A stretch of 64,000 nt of DNA from an uncultured Phycisphaerales bacterium. GTDB lineage: Bacteria; Planctomycetota; Phycisphaerae; Sedimentisphaerales; Anaerobacaceae. The notes beneath the pieces are model-generated. The model ran no database searches and was not told the origin of the DNA. It saw nothing but the letters and a program-made list of their open reading frames with translations. A program made the position numbers and the translations under genes. This document shows, in pieces, positions 39,540 to 49,684 of this stretch. Each line of letters starts with the position of its first letter. The stretch's first letter is position 1. The stretch spans positions 384,001 to 448,000 of the forward strand of contig OY970359.1 in assembly GCA_963718665.1 (NCBI GenBank). The letters are read 5' to 3'.

Positions 39540-40466
39540 TTATTCCCTCGCCTTTGCGAACCAGTCCGGGTCTTTTGCCAGCTTTTCGCGGGCATCATCC
39601 GTCATCATCATAAACGCCGGATGTGTGCTCTCCCAGGCACGTCCGGTAAAGGGGCTGTTCCGCATCTTTTCAATCTCGCGGACGACATCGCCAAAATAGC
39701 TGCCGTAAATATGAAGTGAGTCGCTTATATCTACGTATCTGCCGACAGCGACGGGCTTGTTTATCTTCTCTGAAATCTTTCCGGCTATTGTCCTTTGCAG
39801 GTCCGTCAGCGCGTAAACATTCATAAACCACGCCTTATACAAATCCCTGCTTCGCCAGTGCGTGTTCATATTCAGCACATAGCCGCCCGCGTTATCCGCC
39901 ACCAGCCGGCACCATATCCTCTGCAAACATGGCGGGTCGTCGGTCGCCGGGTCAGCCGTAGGCATCCACGTTATCGCCTGCGCCCTTCGGGTATGCGCGA
40001 CCTTCGACAAGGCGTCGATAATATACTGAATCTGGTTTACTTTTTTGAATGGCTTTTTGGCCTTGGGGTTTCTTATGTCCTCAACCGGCGAATACGCAAA
40101 CACACGCTCGTGATAAGTATATGTCCATTTGCCCGCCGCTGGGTCTATCCAGTGGTCGTGAATGCCGTCAACCACCTCCTGCCTGTATGCCTCAAGCTCC
40201 TCGGGGCCGCCCGGAAAATTCTTGTGTATCCTCGGCTCGCTGAACGGCTCCGCGACCGTTATCATTACCGTCGCGTCCTTGCTTGGCGGGTCGTCGGGCT
40301 TGTCGTATTGCGTCTTCATATCAAGCCCCTGGTCCCATACCGCCAATACCGCCTTCTCCCATGCCTCAGGCAAACATCTCGCTGTTACTGAAATCACCGG
40401 GAGATTTGCATTTAACAATTGCGGTGAACTTGCCTGCACTGAGCTTTGCCGAAGTGTCGAATCCAT
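39540..40466 (-). CDS. thyA: Thymidylate synthase, archaeal-like ThyA
   Basis: YTYHER, TRRAQA, PPCLQ catalytic Cys, WRSRD...N, SLHIY; GGAGGAG RBS before 40466. Confidence 0.85.
   Translation of the reverse strand: MDSTLRQSSVQASSPQLLNANLPVISVTARCLPEAWEKAVLAVWDQGLDMKTQYDKPDDPPSKDATVMITVAEPFSEPRIHKNFPGGPEELEAYRQEVVDGIHDHWIDPAAGKWTYTYHERVFAYSPVEDIRNPKAKKPFKKVNQIQYIIDALSKVAHTRRAQAITWMPTADPATDDPPCLQRIWCRLVADNAGGYVLNMNTHWRSRDLYKAWFMNVYALTDLQRTIAGKISEKINKPVAVGRYVDISDSLHIYGSYFGDVVREIEKMRNSPFTGRAWESTHPAFMMMTDDAREKLAKDPDWFAKARE
40419..40463. repeat. Nested mini-elements at the start of thyA
   Basis: TTGCGGTGAACTT[GCCTGCACTGAGCTTTGCCGAAGT]GTCGAATC. Confidence 0.65.
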
Positions 40467-40496
40467 CTCTGGCTCCTCCATAAGCTATATTGTTTA

Positions 40497-40520
40497 TCAT
40501 TCCCGACACGGCGGGAATCC
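40497..40520 (+). repeat. REP-like palindrome
   Basis: TCATTCCCG-ACACGG-CGGGAATCC. Confidence 0.55.
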
Positions 40521-40542
40521 ATCTTTATTTCAAGATTTCGAG

Positions 40543-41061
40543 CTATTTGCTGAGATCTAATTCGTCGGGGGTAATGTGAAAGAACTCGCGTTTATTCGCC
40601 GGCAGTTCTGTCGCCAGCGTACGTTTGGCCTTATATGCGTATTCGCTGCCCGGATATCTCTCGATTATCTGCCTGCAATATTGCACCATCGCCCCATAAC
40701 CTACTCCCGGCAACTGGGCCATTTTTCGCTGCTGTATCGCCAGCTCGTATAATTGTTCTGCACCGGCTTTTTCATCCTCGGTTAGCTCTCTGAATTTCCG
40801 CGGTTCGGCTGGGGGCTGCTGCGCAACCGGTTGCACTGCCTCCGGCTGTGACGTTGTCGGCTGTGCAGGTGCATTCGTCTCTGCCAGATTCGGCTCGGCA
40901 CGCATACGTTGCTCATCATGACGAAATGTGTCCCCAACCGTCCTCTCCGGCTCCGCTGGTTTCGACATTTGATTAGCTACCTTGCTGACAATAACAAAAA
41001 TAACCACCAGCAACACTACCACCGCCACTATTTTCAACCAAACCGTACTCATAACAATCAT
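40543..41061 (-). CDS. Hypothetical membrane-anchored protein
   Basis: N-terminal TM, Pro/Gln linker, IIERYPGSEYA TPR-like end. Confidence 0.75.
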   Translation of the reverse strand: MIVMSTVWLKIVAVVVLLVVIFVIVSKVANQMSKPAEPERTVGDTFRHDEQRMRAEPNLAETNAPAQPTTSQPEAVQPVAQQPPAEPRKFRELTEDEKAGAEQLYELAIQQRKMAQLPGVGYGAMVQYCRQIIERYPGSEYAYKAKRTLATELPANKREFFHITPDELDLSK

Positions 41062-41175
41062 GCCTCCAATTATTCCCGGCGATTGATTATTCGCGCCGGA
41101 TTGCCTACAATTAACTTGCTATACTATGTATTCTACACTGAATCGTAAATTGAAAATACGGAATAGTCAATTGCT

Positions 41176-41817
41176 ATGTTCACAGGAATAATCCAGCAGG
41201 TTTGCGAGGTAAAGGCACTTTCCAAAAGCGGCGATTCCGCTGCGCTTACTATTGATCTCGGCCAATTGGTTAATCAGGCCAAAACCGGCGACAGCATAGC
41301 CATAAATGGCGCCTGCCTGACCGTCTCGAAACTCGCCGGCACACTGGCAACCTTCGACGTCAGCGGCGAAACGCTCACCAAAACCACCATTGGCAAACTG
41401 GCCCCTGGCGCAAAGGTCAATATCGAGCTTGCCCTGCGTGCCGACGACCGATTCGGAGGCCATTTCGTCTTGGGCCACATCGATGGTTCCGCAACCATAC
41501 GAAAAATCGATAAAAACATCGATTTCGCAACCTTCACCTTCACCGCCTCAAAAGACCTGCTCGACCAGATGATTTCAAAGGGGTCGGTCGCAGTCGATGG
41601 TATCTCACTAACAATAGCCGAATTGAATCCCGATGGTTTCACTGTAGCAGTCATCCCGCAAACGCTTAAAGAAACCACCCTCGGGCGAGCCAAAATAACT
41701 GCGCAGGTAAACATAGAAATTGATATAATAACCAAGACGGTCAGAAAGTACCTGCAGCAGCTCTCGCCGGAGAAATCTGGCCTGACCCTCGAAGACCTCA
41801 GACAGCAGGGTTTTTGA
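41176..41817 (+). CDS. ribE: Riboflavin synthase (alpha chain)
   Basis: MFTGII, GDSIAINGACLTV, GGHFVLGHID, KGSVAVDGISLT. Confidence 0.96.
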   Translation: MFTGIIQQVCEVKALSKSGDSAALTIDLGQLVNQAKTGDSIAINGACLTVSKLAGTLATFDVSGETLTKTTIGKLAPGAKVNIELALRADDRFGGHFVLGHIDGSATIRKIDKNIDFATFTFTASKDLLDQMISKGSVAVDGISLTIAELNPDGFTVAVIPQTLKETTLGRAKITAQVNIEIDIITKTVRKYLQQLSPEKSGLTLEDLRQQGF

Positions 41818-41824
41818 GTACCTC

Positions 41825-42919
41825 ATGAAAGTAAACAATCGTCTAAATACAGGTATGAACAATATTACAAATCACAATTCGATAAGTGAAGAGCCGGTCA
41901 TCGGCATAACGATGGGCGACCCCGCCGGTATCGGGCCGGAAGTCGTCGTAAAGGCGCTCGCCGACCCGGCCATAAGACGTTGCGCCAAGTTCATCGTCTT
42001 CGGGATGGATGAGCAGTTGCGCTACGCCGCGGACAAAACGGAAATTGAGCCGTTCTGGGGCAGGCATCAGCACGAAAAAATCAGCAGGGACTATCCCCAT
42101 AAGGTTGTGGTTGCCGATTATGATGAGTTTTCAGTGCCCCCCTGGATAAGAGAACCGACAGAAATTGCCGGCGCTGCCTCTCTGAAATTCTGCACCGACG
42201 CGATTGATGCCGCACAAAGGGACATTATCGACGCGGTGGTAACGGCGCCGATAAACAAAACAAGCTGGAAATTAGCCGGCTCGCACTGGCCCGGACATAC
42301 CGAAATGTTCGCCAAACTCTGCAAATCGCCCCGAAAGGCAATGATGTTTGTCGCGGGGCCGTTGAAGCTTGCGCTGGCGACGATTCACGAGGCGTTATTC
42401 GAGGTGCGCCATAAATTCACAATCGGCAGGGTATTCGAACCGATTGACCTGCTCAATATCGCCCTCAAGGAATACTTCGACATCGAAAACCCCAAAATCG
42501 GCGTCGCCGCCCTCAACCCACACGCGGGCGAAAACGGCCAGTTCGGCGACGAGGAACAACGCATCATTTCCCCGGCAATCCTGATGGCGCAGGGCCAGGG
42601 CATCGATTGTTTCGGGCCGATTTCCGCAGACACGCTTTTCCTGCGGGCAGTCCATGGCGAATTCGACGGCGTCGTCGCGATGTATCACGACCAGGGTATG
42701 ATACCGGTCAAACTGCTCGCCTTCGACAAAGCGGTCAATGTTACTATAGGCCTTCCGATTATCCGCACCTCTCCCGCTCACGGCACCGCCTTCGACATCG
42801 CAGGCAAAAATATCGCCGACCCATCCAGTATGATGGAAGCCATAAAGGTCGCCGTCCAGATGGTGCAGACAAAAAAGGCACATCCGGCTGGTGCGGTTGC
42901 AGTTAAAAAAAGCACCTGA
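41825..42919 (+). CDS. pdxA: 4-hydroxythreonine-4-phosphate dehydrogenase
   Basis: ITMGDPAGIGPE, PGHTE, LNPHAGE, MYHDQG, RTSPAHGTAFDIAG; start may be 41855. Confidence 0.94.
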   Translation: MKVNNRLNTGMNNITNHNSISEEPVIGITMGDPAGIGPEVVVKALADPAIRRCAKFIVFGMDEQLRYAADKTEIEPFWGRHQHEKISRDYPHKVVVADYDEFSVPPWIREPTEIAGAASLKFCTDAIDAAQRDIIDAVVTAPINKTSWKLAGSHWPGHTEMFAKLCKSPRKAMMFVAGPLKLALATIHEALFEVRHKFTIGRVFEPIDLLNIALKEYFDIENPKIGVAALNPHAGENGQFGDEEQRIISPAILMAQGQGIDCFGPISADTLFLRAVHGEFDGVVAMYHDQGMIPVKLLAFDKAVNVTIGLPIIRTSPAHGTAFDIAGKNIADPSSMMEAIKVAVQMVQTKKAHPAGAVAVKKST

Positions 42920-42920
42920 T

Positions 42921-43805
42921 ATGCAAACCAAACAGCAAATCCGTGAGTTGCTCGATTCCGCGGGAGTAAGACCCAACAAGCGATTCGGCCAGAACTTCCT
43001 CATCGACCTCAACCTGATGCGCCTGCTCATCGACACCGCAAACATTCAGAATAACGACGTTGTCCTCGAAGTCGGGCCCGGCACCGGCTCGCTTACCCAG
43101 GCAATCGCCGAAAAAGCGGGCTTCTGTGTCTCAGTTGAAATAGACAGCGTCCTCGCCAATATCGCCAAAGGGCAACTCGCCGACAAATCAAACGTCGAAA
43201 TCATCGCAGCCGATGTTCTTAAAAATAAATTTGAAATCGAACCCGTCGTAATCGACGTTTTGAATCGCGCCCGTGCAATTCACAACGGACGATTACTTCT
43301 CGTCGCCAATTTGCCCTATATCGCCGCAACCCCCCTGATTATCAACCTCATTACAGGCCCAATTATCGCGGACGCGATGTTCGTTACAGTCCAGAAAGAA
43401 GTCGCTGACAGGATGAACTCGCAGGCGGGCATAAAAGATTACGGAATCCTCAGCATACTAATGGCCGCGACAGGCGAAGTCAGACATATCAGGACATTGA
43501 AACCAACCGTTTTCTGGCCTCAGCCGCAGGTCAATTCTGCTTTTATATCCTACGCCCGCGACCTCGAAAAAGTAAAATTAATTAAAAGTGTCGAAATGCT
43601 GAGCCGCGTCGCAGGCGCACTTTTGCAGCACCGCCGCAAGATGCTCAAAAGCTGCTGCAAACTTACAGCCGACCAACTGGGGGAAATTAAGAACTGGCCT
43701 GAGATTTTAAATCAACTCGGCATCGACCCGGAAATCAGACCCGATAACCTCACCCCGGAACAATTCGTCGCAATCGCCAATCTGTGCAACGAAACTAAAC
43801 GATAG
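42921..43805 (+). CDS. rsmA: 16S rRNA m6(2)A dimethyltransferase
   Basis: FGQNFL, LEVGPGTGSLT, VANLPY, VQKEVA; pdxA-rsmA synteny. Confidence 0.95.
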   Translation: MQTKQQIRELLDSAGVRPNKRFGQNFLIDLNLMRLLIDTANIQNNDVVLEVGPGTGSLTQAIAEKAGFCVSVEIDSVLANIAKGQLADKSNVEIIAADVLKNKFEIEPVVIDVLNRARAIHNGRLLLVANLPYIAATPLIINLITGPIIADAMFVTVQKEVADRMNSQAGIKDYGILSILMAATGEVRHIRTLKPTVFWPQPQVNSAFISYARDLEKVKLIKSVEMLSRVAGALLQHRRKMLKSCCKLTADQLGEIKNWPEILNQLGIDPEIRPDNLTPEQFVAIANLCNETKR

Positions 43806-44649
43806 CTTCGCCGTGCCGATGGCTGTGGCATTCGATATTCACCGCGACGGGAAGTGACGCGATATGACAAGGTGCGGTCTCAATCAGAACAGCCAAAGCA
43901 GTCGTGTCCCCGCCAAGACCCTGCGGGCCAACTCCCAGCCGATTGATTCTGATAAGCAAATCCTTCTCTAATCCGGCGTAAAACAAATCAGCGTTTGACT
44001 TATCGATGCTGCGAACCAGCGCCTTTTTACTCAACAGGCAGCTAACCTCGAAATTGCCCCCGATGCCGACACCCACGACAAAAGGCGGGCAGGCGTCCGC
44101 GCCGGCATTTTTAACAACCTCAACCACCCAGTCGATAATCTCCTCTGTTCCCGCTGTCGGCTTGAACATCCGAAATGCGCTTTTATTTTCGCATCCGCCG
44201 CCTTTGGCCATAAAAGTTATTTTGAGCTTGTCCCCAGGCACTATCGACCAGTGGATAATAGCCGGGCAGTTATTGCCCGTGTTTTTGCGGTGCTGCATCG
44301 GCTCACTTACTACGCTTTTACGCAAGATACCTTTTTCGTACCCGGCTGTTACCCCCGCGTTAATCGCATCGACAGCCGTCCTGCCTGCGGGACATTCGAT
44401 AAACACCTCGCCCCCCTGCTCGATAAAAACAACCGCAAGCCCCGTATCCTGGCAAAGCGGTATCCGCTCCTTCGAAGCCAGATGCGCGTTTTCAACTAAT
44501 TGCTGAAGTATTTTTGCCGCTAAAGGATTCGATTCCTTTTTGGCGGCCGTGGTAAGAGCCGTCAGTACATCGGCAGGCAGCTCGTAAGCCGATTTTATGC
44601 AAAGCTCCTTGACCGCGTCAACAATTTTTGAATACGCAATATGCCGCAC
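43795..44649 (-). CDS. Fe-S fumarate/tartrate hydratase, alpha subunit
   Basis: PLCQDTG, KGGGCEN, ACPP, GPQGLGG, CHIASLPVAVNIECH. Confidence 0.92.
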   Translation of the reverse strand: MRHIAYSKIVDAVKELCIKSAYELPADVLTALTTAAKKESNPLAAKILQQLVENAHLASKERIPLCQDTGLAVVFIEQGGEVFIECPAGRTAVDAINAGVTAGYEKGILRKSVVSEPMQHRKNTGNNCPAIIHWSIVPGDKLKITFMAKGGGCENKSAFRMFKPTAGTEEIIDWVVEVVKNAGADACPPFVVGVGIGGNFEVSCLLSKKALVRSIDKSNADLFYAGLEKDLLIRINRLGVGPQGLGGDTTALAVLIETAPCHIASLPVAVNIECHSHRHGEAIV

Positions 44650-44655
44650 GACAGT

Positions 44656-46911
44656 TTACTTATCTTCTATATTGATAACATAGCTCTTGTAGGACGTATT
44701 ACCTACCGCGTCGGCCAGTTTAAACGAAATTATGTGCTGACCCGCGGACAGTTTCTCCACAATAATCGTGAAGTCCTTGCTCGTAGTATCATAAATCAGG
44801 TCATCCGGCACAGTCGCAATCCAGTTGGCGTCGCTGTCAACCGTGTATTCGACTTTGCCGATAGCGCTAAGCTCATCGCTGACCGTCATTTTAATCGTTA
44901 TCTTTCTGCCGGCCTTTTCGAGTTTGTATTTCACTATCGAAGGCGGTGTATTATCAACAACTACCGCGTCGCTTACCCGGCTGCCCGTTAGTTTGGTCTC
45001 GGGCGAATTGCTTCTCTCATCGCTTGCCGTAACCCTGATTTCGTACCTGCCGTCCTCGACAGTTCTGCCGTCCCATTCATAACTACCAGTCTCAACATCG
45101 TGTGCCGCCTCAATCCAGCCAGCCCAACCTATTTTCCTGAAATCTATTTTGTAAATCAGCTTGTCACCGTTGTCGTCTTTGGCATCGTAACTGATTTTGA
45201 ATACGCCATTTTTGCCCGGCCCTTCCATCCGCGTTACGTTCACCGATTCAATCCTCGGCGCCAGATTTGGAACCGCCGATGGCACCACGACTTCACGCAC
45301 AACCGGGCTGGCCTTTCCATCGCTGCCTCGCAGCACGAGTTTATACTGGCAGAACCTGTTCACGGGACAATCCAGCTGCACAGGGCCGGTAACTTCCTTC
45401 GGCTCCGTCCACTTTGAAAAACTCTTGTCGTTTATGTCTTTCACATTCCCACTGCGACAGGCCATCAGCACCCTGCATCCCTGCGGCACGTCAGCTTCAA
45501 TCTGAAGTTTGCCCCACTTCGCCGGCTGGCCCGCGTCAACAAGTCCCGACGTATATACGCCCTCACTCGCAAAAACCTTTCCCAGCTTTACCAGCCGGGC
45601 AGGATTCGCCATCCCGACATACGCGTTATCGCCGACCACAGTGACAGCCGTAATCTGCGACGCCTGCTTGTCTTCAAAAACAATCGCCTCTTCCTCTGAA
45701 TTCGGCTCCACAGCAAAAAGCTTGGCGGTGTTGCCCGTTCCAACCAAAAGCTCCTTACCCTGCGCCGCTAAGCAGAAAAATACTGCGGACTCATTGAATA
45801 TATCCGTAACAAAGCCGTCTTTTGTAACCTTGTAAATATGGCTCGCCTGTGTGGGGTTCGGCGGCATTGGAACAGGCGTTTTATGCTCCGCTGGCTGTTC
45901 GCCCGCCGACTCCTTTGTGTTGGCAATCTGAAGTTTTGTCCCGCCGCTGCCCTCTTCAGCTTCACCTTCTTCGTCATCATCCTGCTTTTCAGGACGACCC
46001 GCCTGTGGCTGCTGAGCGGCAAATTTTGTCTCGGCCCCAACCGCATTGGCTGAAGTAGCCGTCGCATACAACTCCTCACCCATGAAAACCAACGCCGTTA
46101 TTTCCTGCTGCTCACTGTCATACAAAATCGCGGCGTCTTTTGTCTTCGTATTTATCCTGTAAATAAGCCCTCGGCTGTCACTGCCGGCGTAAATAAAACC
46201 GTCAGGCCCCTGCGCAAGCGAAAGTATGTTCTTGTCGGAACTGCCATACAGCACCTCGCCGCGCTTTCCCGAGGAATCGACACGATAAATCTTGCCTTTC
46301 GGCCCCGTTCCAAGATAAATATCCCCCCCCTTGTCCGCCAAGATTGCGAATATGTAATTCGCGTCGTTCGGCTCAAAAATCGTTTTCAGCTCGCCGCCTT
46401 CCAGCCGGCACAACGCGCACCTCTGCCCGCTTATGCCCACCAAAAGATGTCCCGAAGCATCCGCCGCCATCGCGAAAATATGCTCATTGGCAAAATGCTT
46501 GTCCTGCTTAACCGCATTTGGGTCATTAGGTTCATTGACTTCACGGTCGTTACTGTCCTTGGGACGCTCCTTCTTTGTCAATTTCGCCGCGTAAATCTTT
46601 TTCAACCCGCCCGCGCCGAATGAGTAAACCCCGCCGTTCGGGCTTGTCCCCACATACACGGTATCTCCGATTGAAACGATACTGTTGATTGACCAGACGT
46701 CATCGAACTGCTTCACAAGGATTTCGGCACGCCTGCCTAATTGTATCGTCCCGCGGGAGCCGATTACCACGTCGTTCACCTCGCCTTTTTGAAATTCACG
46801 GCTGCTGTTATGACGGGTGATTTTGCTCGTCACCGCGCTGCAAAAAGAAGCCGACAGGCACACTAAAAACATTATCGCGAAAACATATTTTGACTGCATT
46901 TTCTTAATCAC
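44656..46911 (-). CDS. Secreted beta-propeller plus Ig/FN3-like protein
   Basis: Signal peptide; repeated YVGTSPNG, YLGTGPKGKIY, YAGSDSRG blades; DGRYEIRVTASD, VDNTPP. Confidence 0.75.
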   Translation of the reverse strand: MIKKMQSKYVFAIMFLVCLSASFCSAVTSKITRHNSSREFQKGEVNDVVIGSRGTIQLGRRAEILVKQFDDVWSINSIVSIGDTVYVGTSPNGGVYSFGAGGLKKIYAAKLTKKERPKDSNDREVNEPNDPNAVKQDKHFANEHIFAMAADASGHLLVGISGQRCALCRLEGGELKTIFEPNDANYIFAILADKGGDIYLGTGPKGKIYRVDSSGKRGEVLYGSSDKNILSLAQGPDGFIYAGSDSRGLIYRINTKTKDAAILYDSEQQEITALVFMGEELYATATSANAVGAETKFAAQQPQAGRPEKQDDDEEGEAEEGSGGTKLQIANTKESAGEQPAEHKTPVPMPPNPTQASHIYKVTKDGFVTDIFNESAVFFCLAAQGKELLVGTGNTAKLFAVEPNSEEEAIVFEDKQASQITAVTVVGDNAYVGMANPARLVKLGKVFASEGVYTSGLVDAGQPAKWGKLQIEADVPQGCRVLMACRSGNVKDINDKSFSKWTEPKEVTGPVQLDCPVNRFCQYKLVLRGSDGKASPVVREVVVPSAVPNLAPRIESVNVTRMEGPGKNGVFKISYDAKDDNGDKLIYKIDFRKIGWAGWIEAAHDVETGSYEWDGRTVEDGRYEIRVTASDERSNSPETKLTGSRVSDAVVVDNTPPSIVKYKLEKAGRKITIKMTVSDELSAIGKVEYTVDSDANWIATVPDDLIYDTTSKDFTIIVEKLSAGQHIISFKLADAVGNTSYKSYVINIEDK

Positions 46912-48764
46912 TGTTCCACCGTAACATTCATAATTTTTTTATCCACTATTATCGTTGACGTTCGCACGCTTTTATCAATCCAGCCGGGATATACCTGCAT
47001 CGTATTGGCCCTCCTCGAATCGCCAAGAACCATCGCCTCTGTCGCAGGCAGCTCGGGCAGCTCCGCCTGCTCCAGCGCAACCCCCCCCGCAGGCAAAACC
47101 AGGACACAATGAAGCTCATTCCTGCCGACCGCCAAAATCCTGTTCATCACCCCGACCAGCGTATCCAAATTCTCCGGAGCAAACCTGTGCGGGACCGCCT
47201 TTCTCAAAAAGTCCCCATAGTCGAACCCGCCACAGATAATCAACTGATATGTCCCCGCAGGGGTATTCTCCGGCACGGTAAAATTGAAATTGTATTTTTG
47301 TTTCTGCGCCCGCACCGACTCCGTAACAACCTCCACGTCCAGGTTATCGCCCCTTTTGACGCGGGAGCCGGACAGCCCGACAGACCATATAGCCGAAGTA
47401 ATATCCTTTTCGCGTATGTCCAAATCCACGTTAATCGACTTTATCCGAACCTGCCTGTATGGATTACTCATCAGCAAACCCAGCGGGCTCATCGTGTCAC
47501 GCACTGCCTCGTCCAAACCCCCGCCCGTCGAGACATTATCAAAAACCACAGTTCCCGCCCCGTCAGTTTCGATAGTGCCCTTGTATGAAACCGTATTATC
47601 AGGCGGCATCTCTCCCTGAAAAACCCCCGCGCTCATAACAACCGCCCTCAGCAGCCGCGGCGTCAGTATTCGGTTATCCGCAATCCGGCAGTTATATTTC
47701 CTCGGCTGACTGTCGTTATACCGGGTCACGCTCACCGTCAGCGGAATCATCCTCGCCTCGGCCCCGATTCTGCCCCGAACAGCCGTTGCCTCGTCCGCTC
47801 TCAATGCGCCTATCACGTTCACCGATGTCCCCACTTTAAACGACCGCATCACGCTCGACACAACCGTATGCACCTCGCCCATCGCCATCGGTAAATCCAC
47901 AGGCCCATAACCCAAAAAAGAATGCCCGAAGGCGTAAATATCGTCGCCCCTCACCTCGGTAATCGTCCCGACAACCTCAATGGTAATATCGCCGGTAACT
48001 AACGGCACAGTCAGACATCCCCCCGGCACCGGCTTAATATCGCAAACGTCGCTCCGCCCTCCACCGCCCGCGCCCGACACAACCATAAATCCTAAAGGCC
48101 GTAGTGTTTCATCCAAATCGCCTGTAACCGACTCCGGCATACCCGAAACCACTATCGGACAGGGCAGCATCGACGCCCCCGCGAATTCCCCGTGCGATGA
48201 CGTTATCGGCGACAAAATCTTCTTTTCAACCTGGGCAAAATCAATCGGCCTCGAAAAATCCAGCGCAAAGCCAGGCCCGCTGTTTAATGATTCACCACCT
48301 GACTGGTTAAACGCGGCCCCGCCCACGCGAAGCATATCCGCAATCGGCGTTACGCCATAAAGCGGGTCTTTGCTGAATTGCCACCCCATCGCCATCGCGC
48401 CCGCCAGCCGGCCATTTATATAAACAGGCGAACCGCTGCAACCTGCGACAGGCCCCGTATGAATGAACCGCTCGTCGGTCCCCCGAACTAATATGGCGTC
48501 CCGCCCAGGCATAAAATTGTGAACAACACTCAGAACCTCCAGGCCAAACTTCTCGACCTCCGTCCCTTTATAGACCGTCAGGCAATACGCCTCCATACCC
48601 GGCTTAATCTCATCAACGCTTATATACCTCGCGGGGTCCCAAATTCCCTCCAATCCCTTCGCAACTCCCGCCTGCGGCTTTTCCGCTGCCCCGCAAATAG
48701 CAGCAACGCACATCACTGTGCAAACCAGAAAACCTGCCTTAATTCGCGGCTTATCTTGAGCCAT
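46908..48764 (-). CDS. SpoIVB (peptidase S55) domain protein
   Basis: AGCSGSPVY, VTPIADM, YAFGHSF; start MAQDKP is likely. Confidence 0.85.
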   Translation of the reverse strand: MAQDKPRIKAGFLVCTVMCVAAICGAAEKPQAGVAKGLEGIWDPARYISVDEIKPGMEAYCLTVYKGTEVEKFGLEVLSVVHNFMPGRDAILVRGTDERFIHTGPVAGCSGSPVYINGRLAGAMAMGWQFSKDPLYGVTPIADMLRVGGAAFNQSGGESLNSGPGFALDFSRPIDFAQVEKKILSPITSSHGEFAGASMLPCPIVVSGMPESVTGDLDETLRPLGFMVVSGAGGGGRSDVCDIKPVPGGCLTVPLVTGDITIEVVGTITEVRGDDIYAFGHSFLGYGPVDLPMAMGEVHTVVSSVMRSFKVGTSVNVIGALRADEATAVRGRIGAEARMIPLTVSVTRYNDSQPRKYNCRIADNRILTPRLLRAVVMSAGVFQGEMPPDNTVSYKGTIETDGAGTVVFDNVSTGGGLDEAVRDTMSPLGLLMSNPYRQVRIKSINVDLDIREKDITSAIWSVGLSGSRVKRGDNLDVEVVTESVRAQKQKYNFNFTVPENTPAGTYQLIICGGFDYGDFLRKAVPHRFAPENLDTLVGVMNRILAVGRNELHCVLVLPAGGVALEQAELPELPATEAMVLGDSRRANTMQVYPGWIDKSVRTSTIIVDKKIMNVTVEQ

Positions 48765-48922
48765 TGACAACCCTTGAAATCCGTTTCCAATATAAAACTT
48801 TAATCTTAACCCCCTAATACCACCATTGCAACATAAAACAACCTCTGGTAGAATATGGCTTTTGTTGCTTCGCTGTTCGTAAATAACAGGGTTTTTGCAA
48901 GATATTTTAACGGAGAATAAAT

Positions 48923-49672
48923 ATGAAGGCCGAACATCGCCATGAACTGAAAACCAATGACTTGGCCTTATGGCTTGGTAATTTACCAAACTGGGCAAAC
49001 CAGAACCTCAGGACAATAATATATGTTCTCGTTGTTGTCGTTCTTGTGCTTGCCTCGTCCATTTATATCCGCTATCAGAAAACGTCTGTGGCCGAACGCG
49101 AACAAAGTAATCTGACCATGATTGTATCACAACTGCCGCAGCAAAAAGCGTTTATAGCCCAGAAACAACTGGAAAACCAGGACAACGCCTACATGCTTTT
49201 CCAGCTCAACGACGAACTCGATAGCATCGCCAAAAATGCGTCCAACGACGCGGTTGCCGCAACGGCACTGATTAAAAGCGCCGAAGTCCTGAGAACGGAA
49301 CTCCATTTCCGTTTCGGCGCTGTCAGCCAGCAGGATATCACCACACAGATAGGCAAGGCGAAAGATTACTACACCAAAGCGCTCGACACATACCTTAAAC
49401 GAAGCCCCAATCCTACCCTCGAAGCCATCGCCAAAATCGGCCTTGGTTTATGCGAGGAAGAGCTTGGCAACCCCGATGCGGCCAGAAAACTTTATCAGGA
49501 AGTGGCAACCGGCGCCGCCTATGAAGGCACTGCACCGGCAGTAGCCGCAAAACAACGGCTCATGATAATGGACTCTTTCTCTGAAAAAATCGCTCTCAAA
49601 CCGATGCCAAGACCAGCGATACAGGCGCAGCCGCCGGTAGCCAGCGAGCCAAACGTACCGGCCCAGAATTGA
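48923..49672 (+). CDS. Hypothetical membrane-anchored TPR-like protein
   Basis: MKAEHRHELKTN, single TM, helical repeats; GGAG RBS. Confidence 0.75.
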   Translation: MKAEHRHELKTNDLALWLGNLPNWANQNLRTIIYVLVVVVLVLASSIYIRYQKTSVAEREQSNLTMIVSQLPQQKAFIAQKQLENQDNAYMLFQLNDELDSIAKNASNDAVAATALIKSAEVLRTELHFRFGAVSQQDITTQIGKAKDYYTKALDTYLKRSPNPTLEAIAKIGLGLCEEELGNPDAARKLYQEVATGAAYEGTAPAVAAKQRLMIMDSFSEKIALKPMPRPAIQAQPPVASEPNVPAQN

Positions 49673-49684
49673 TTATCGCGCGAA

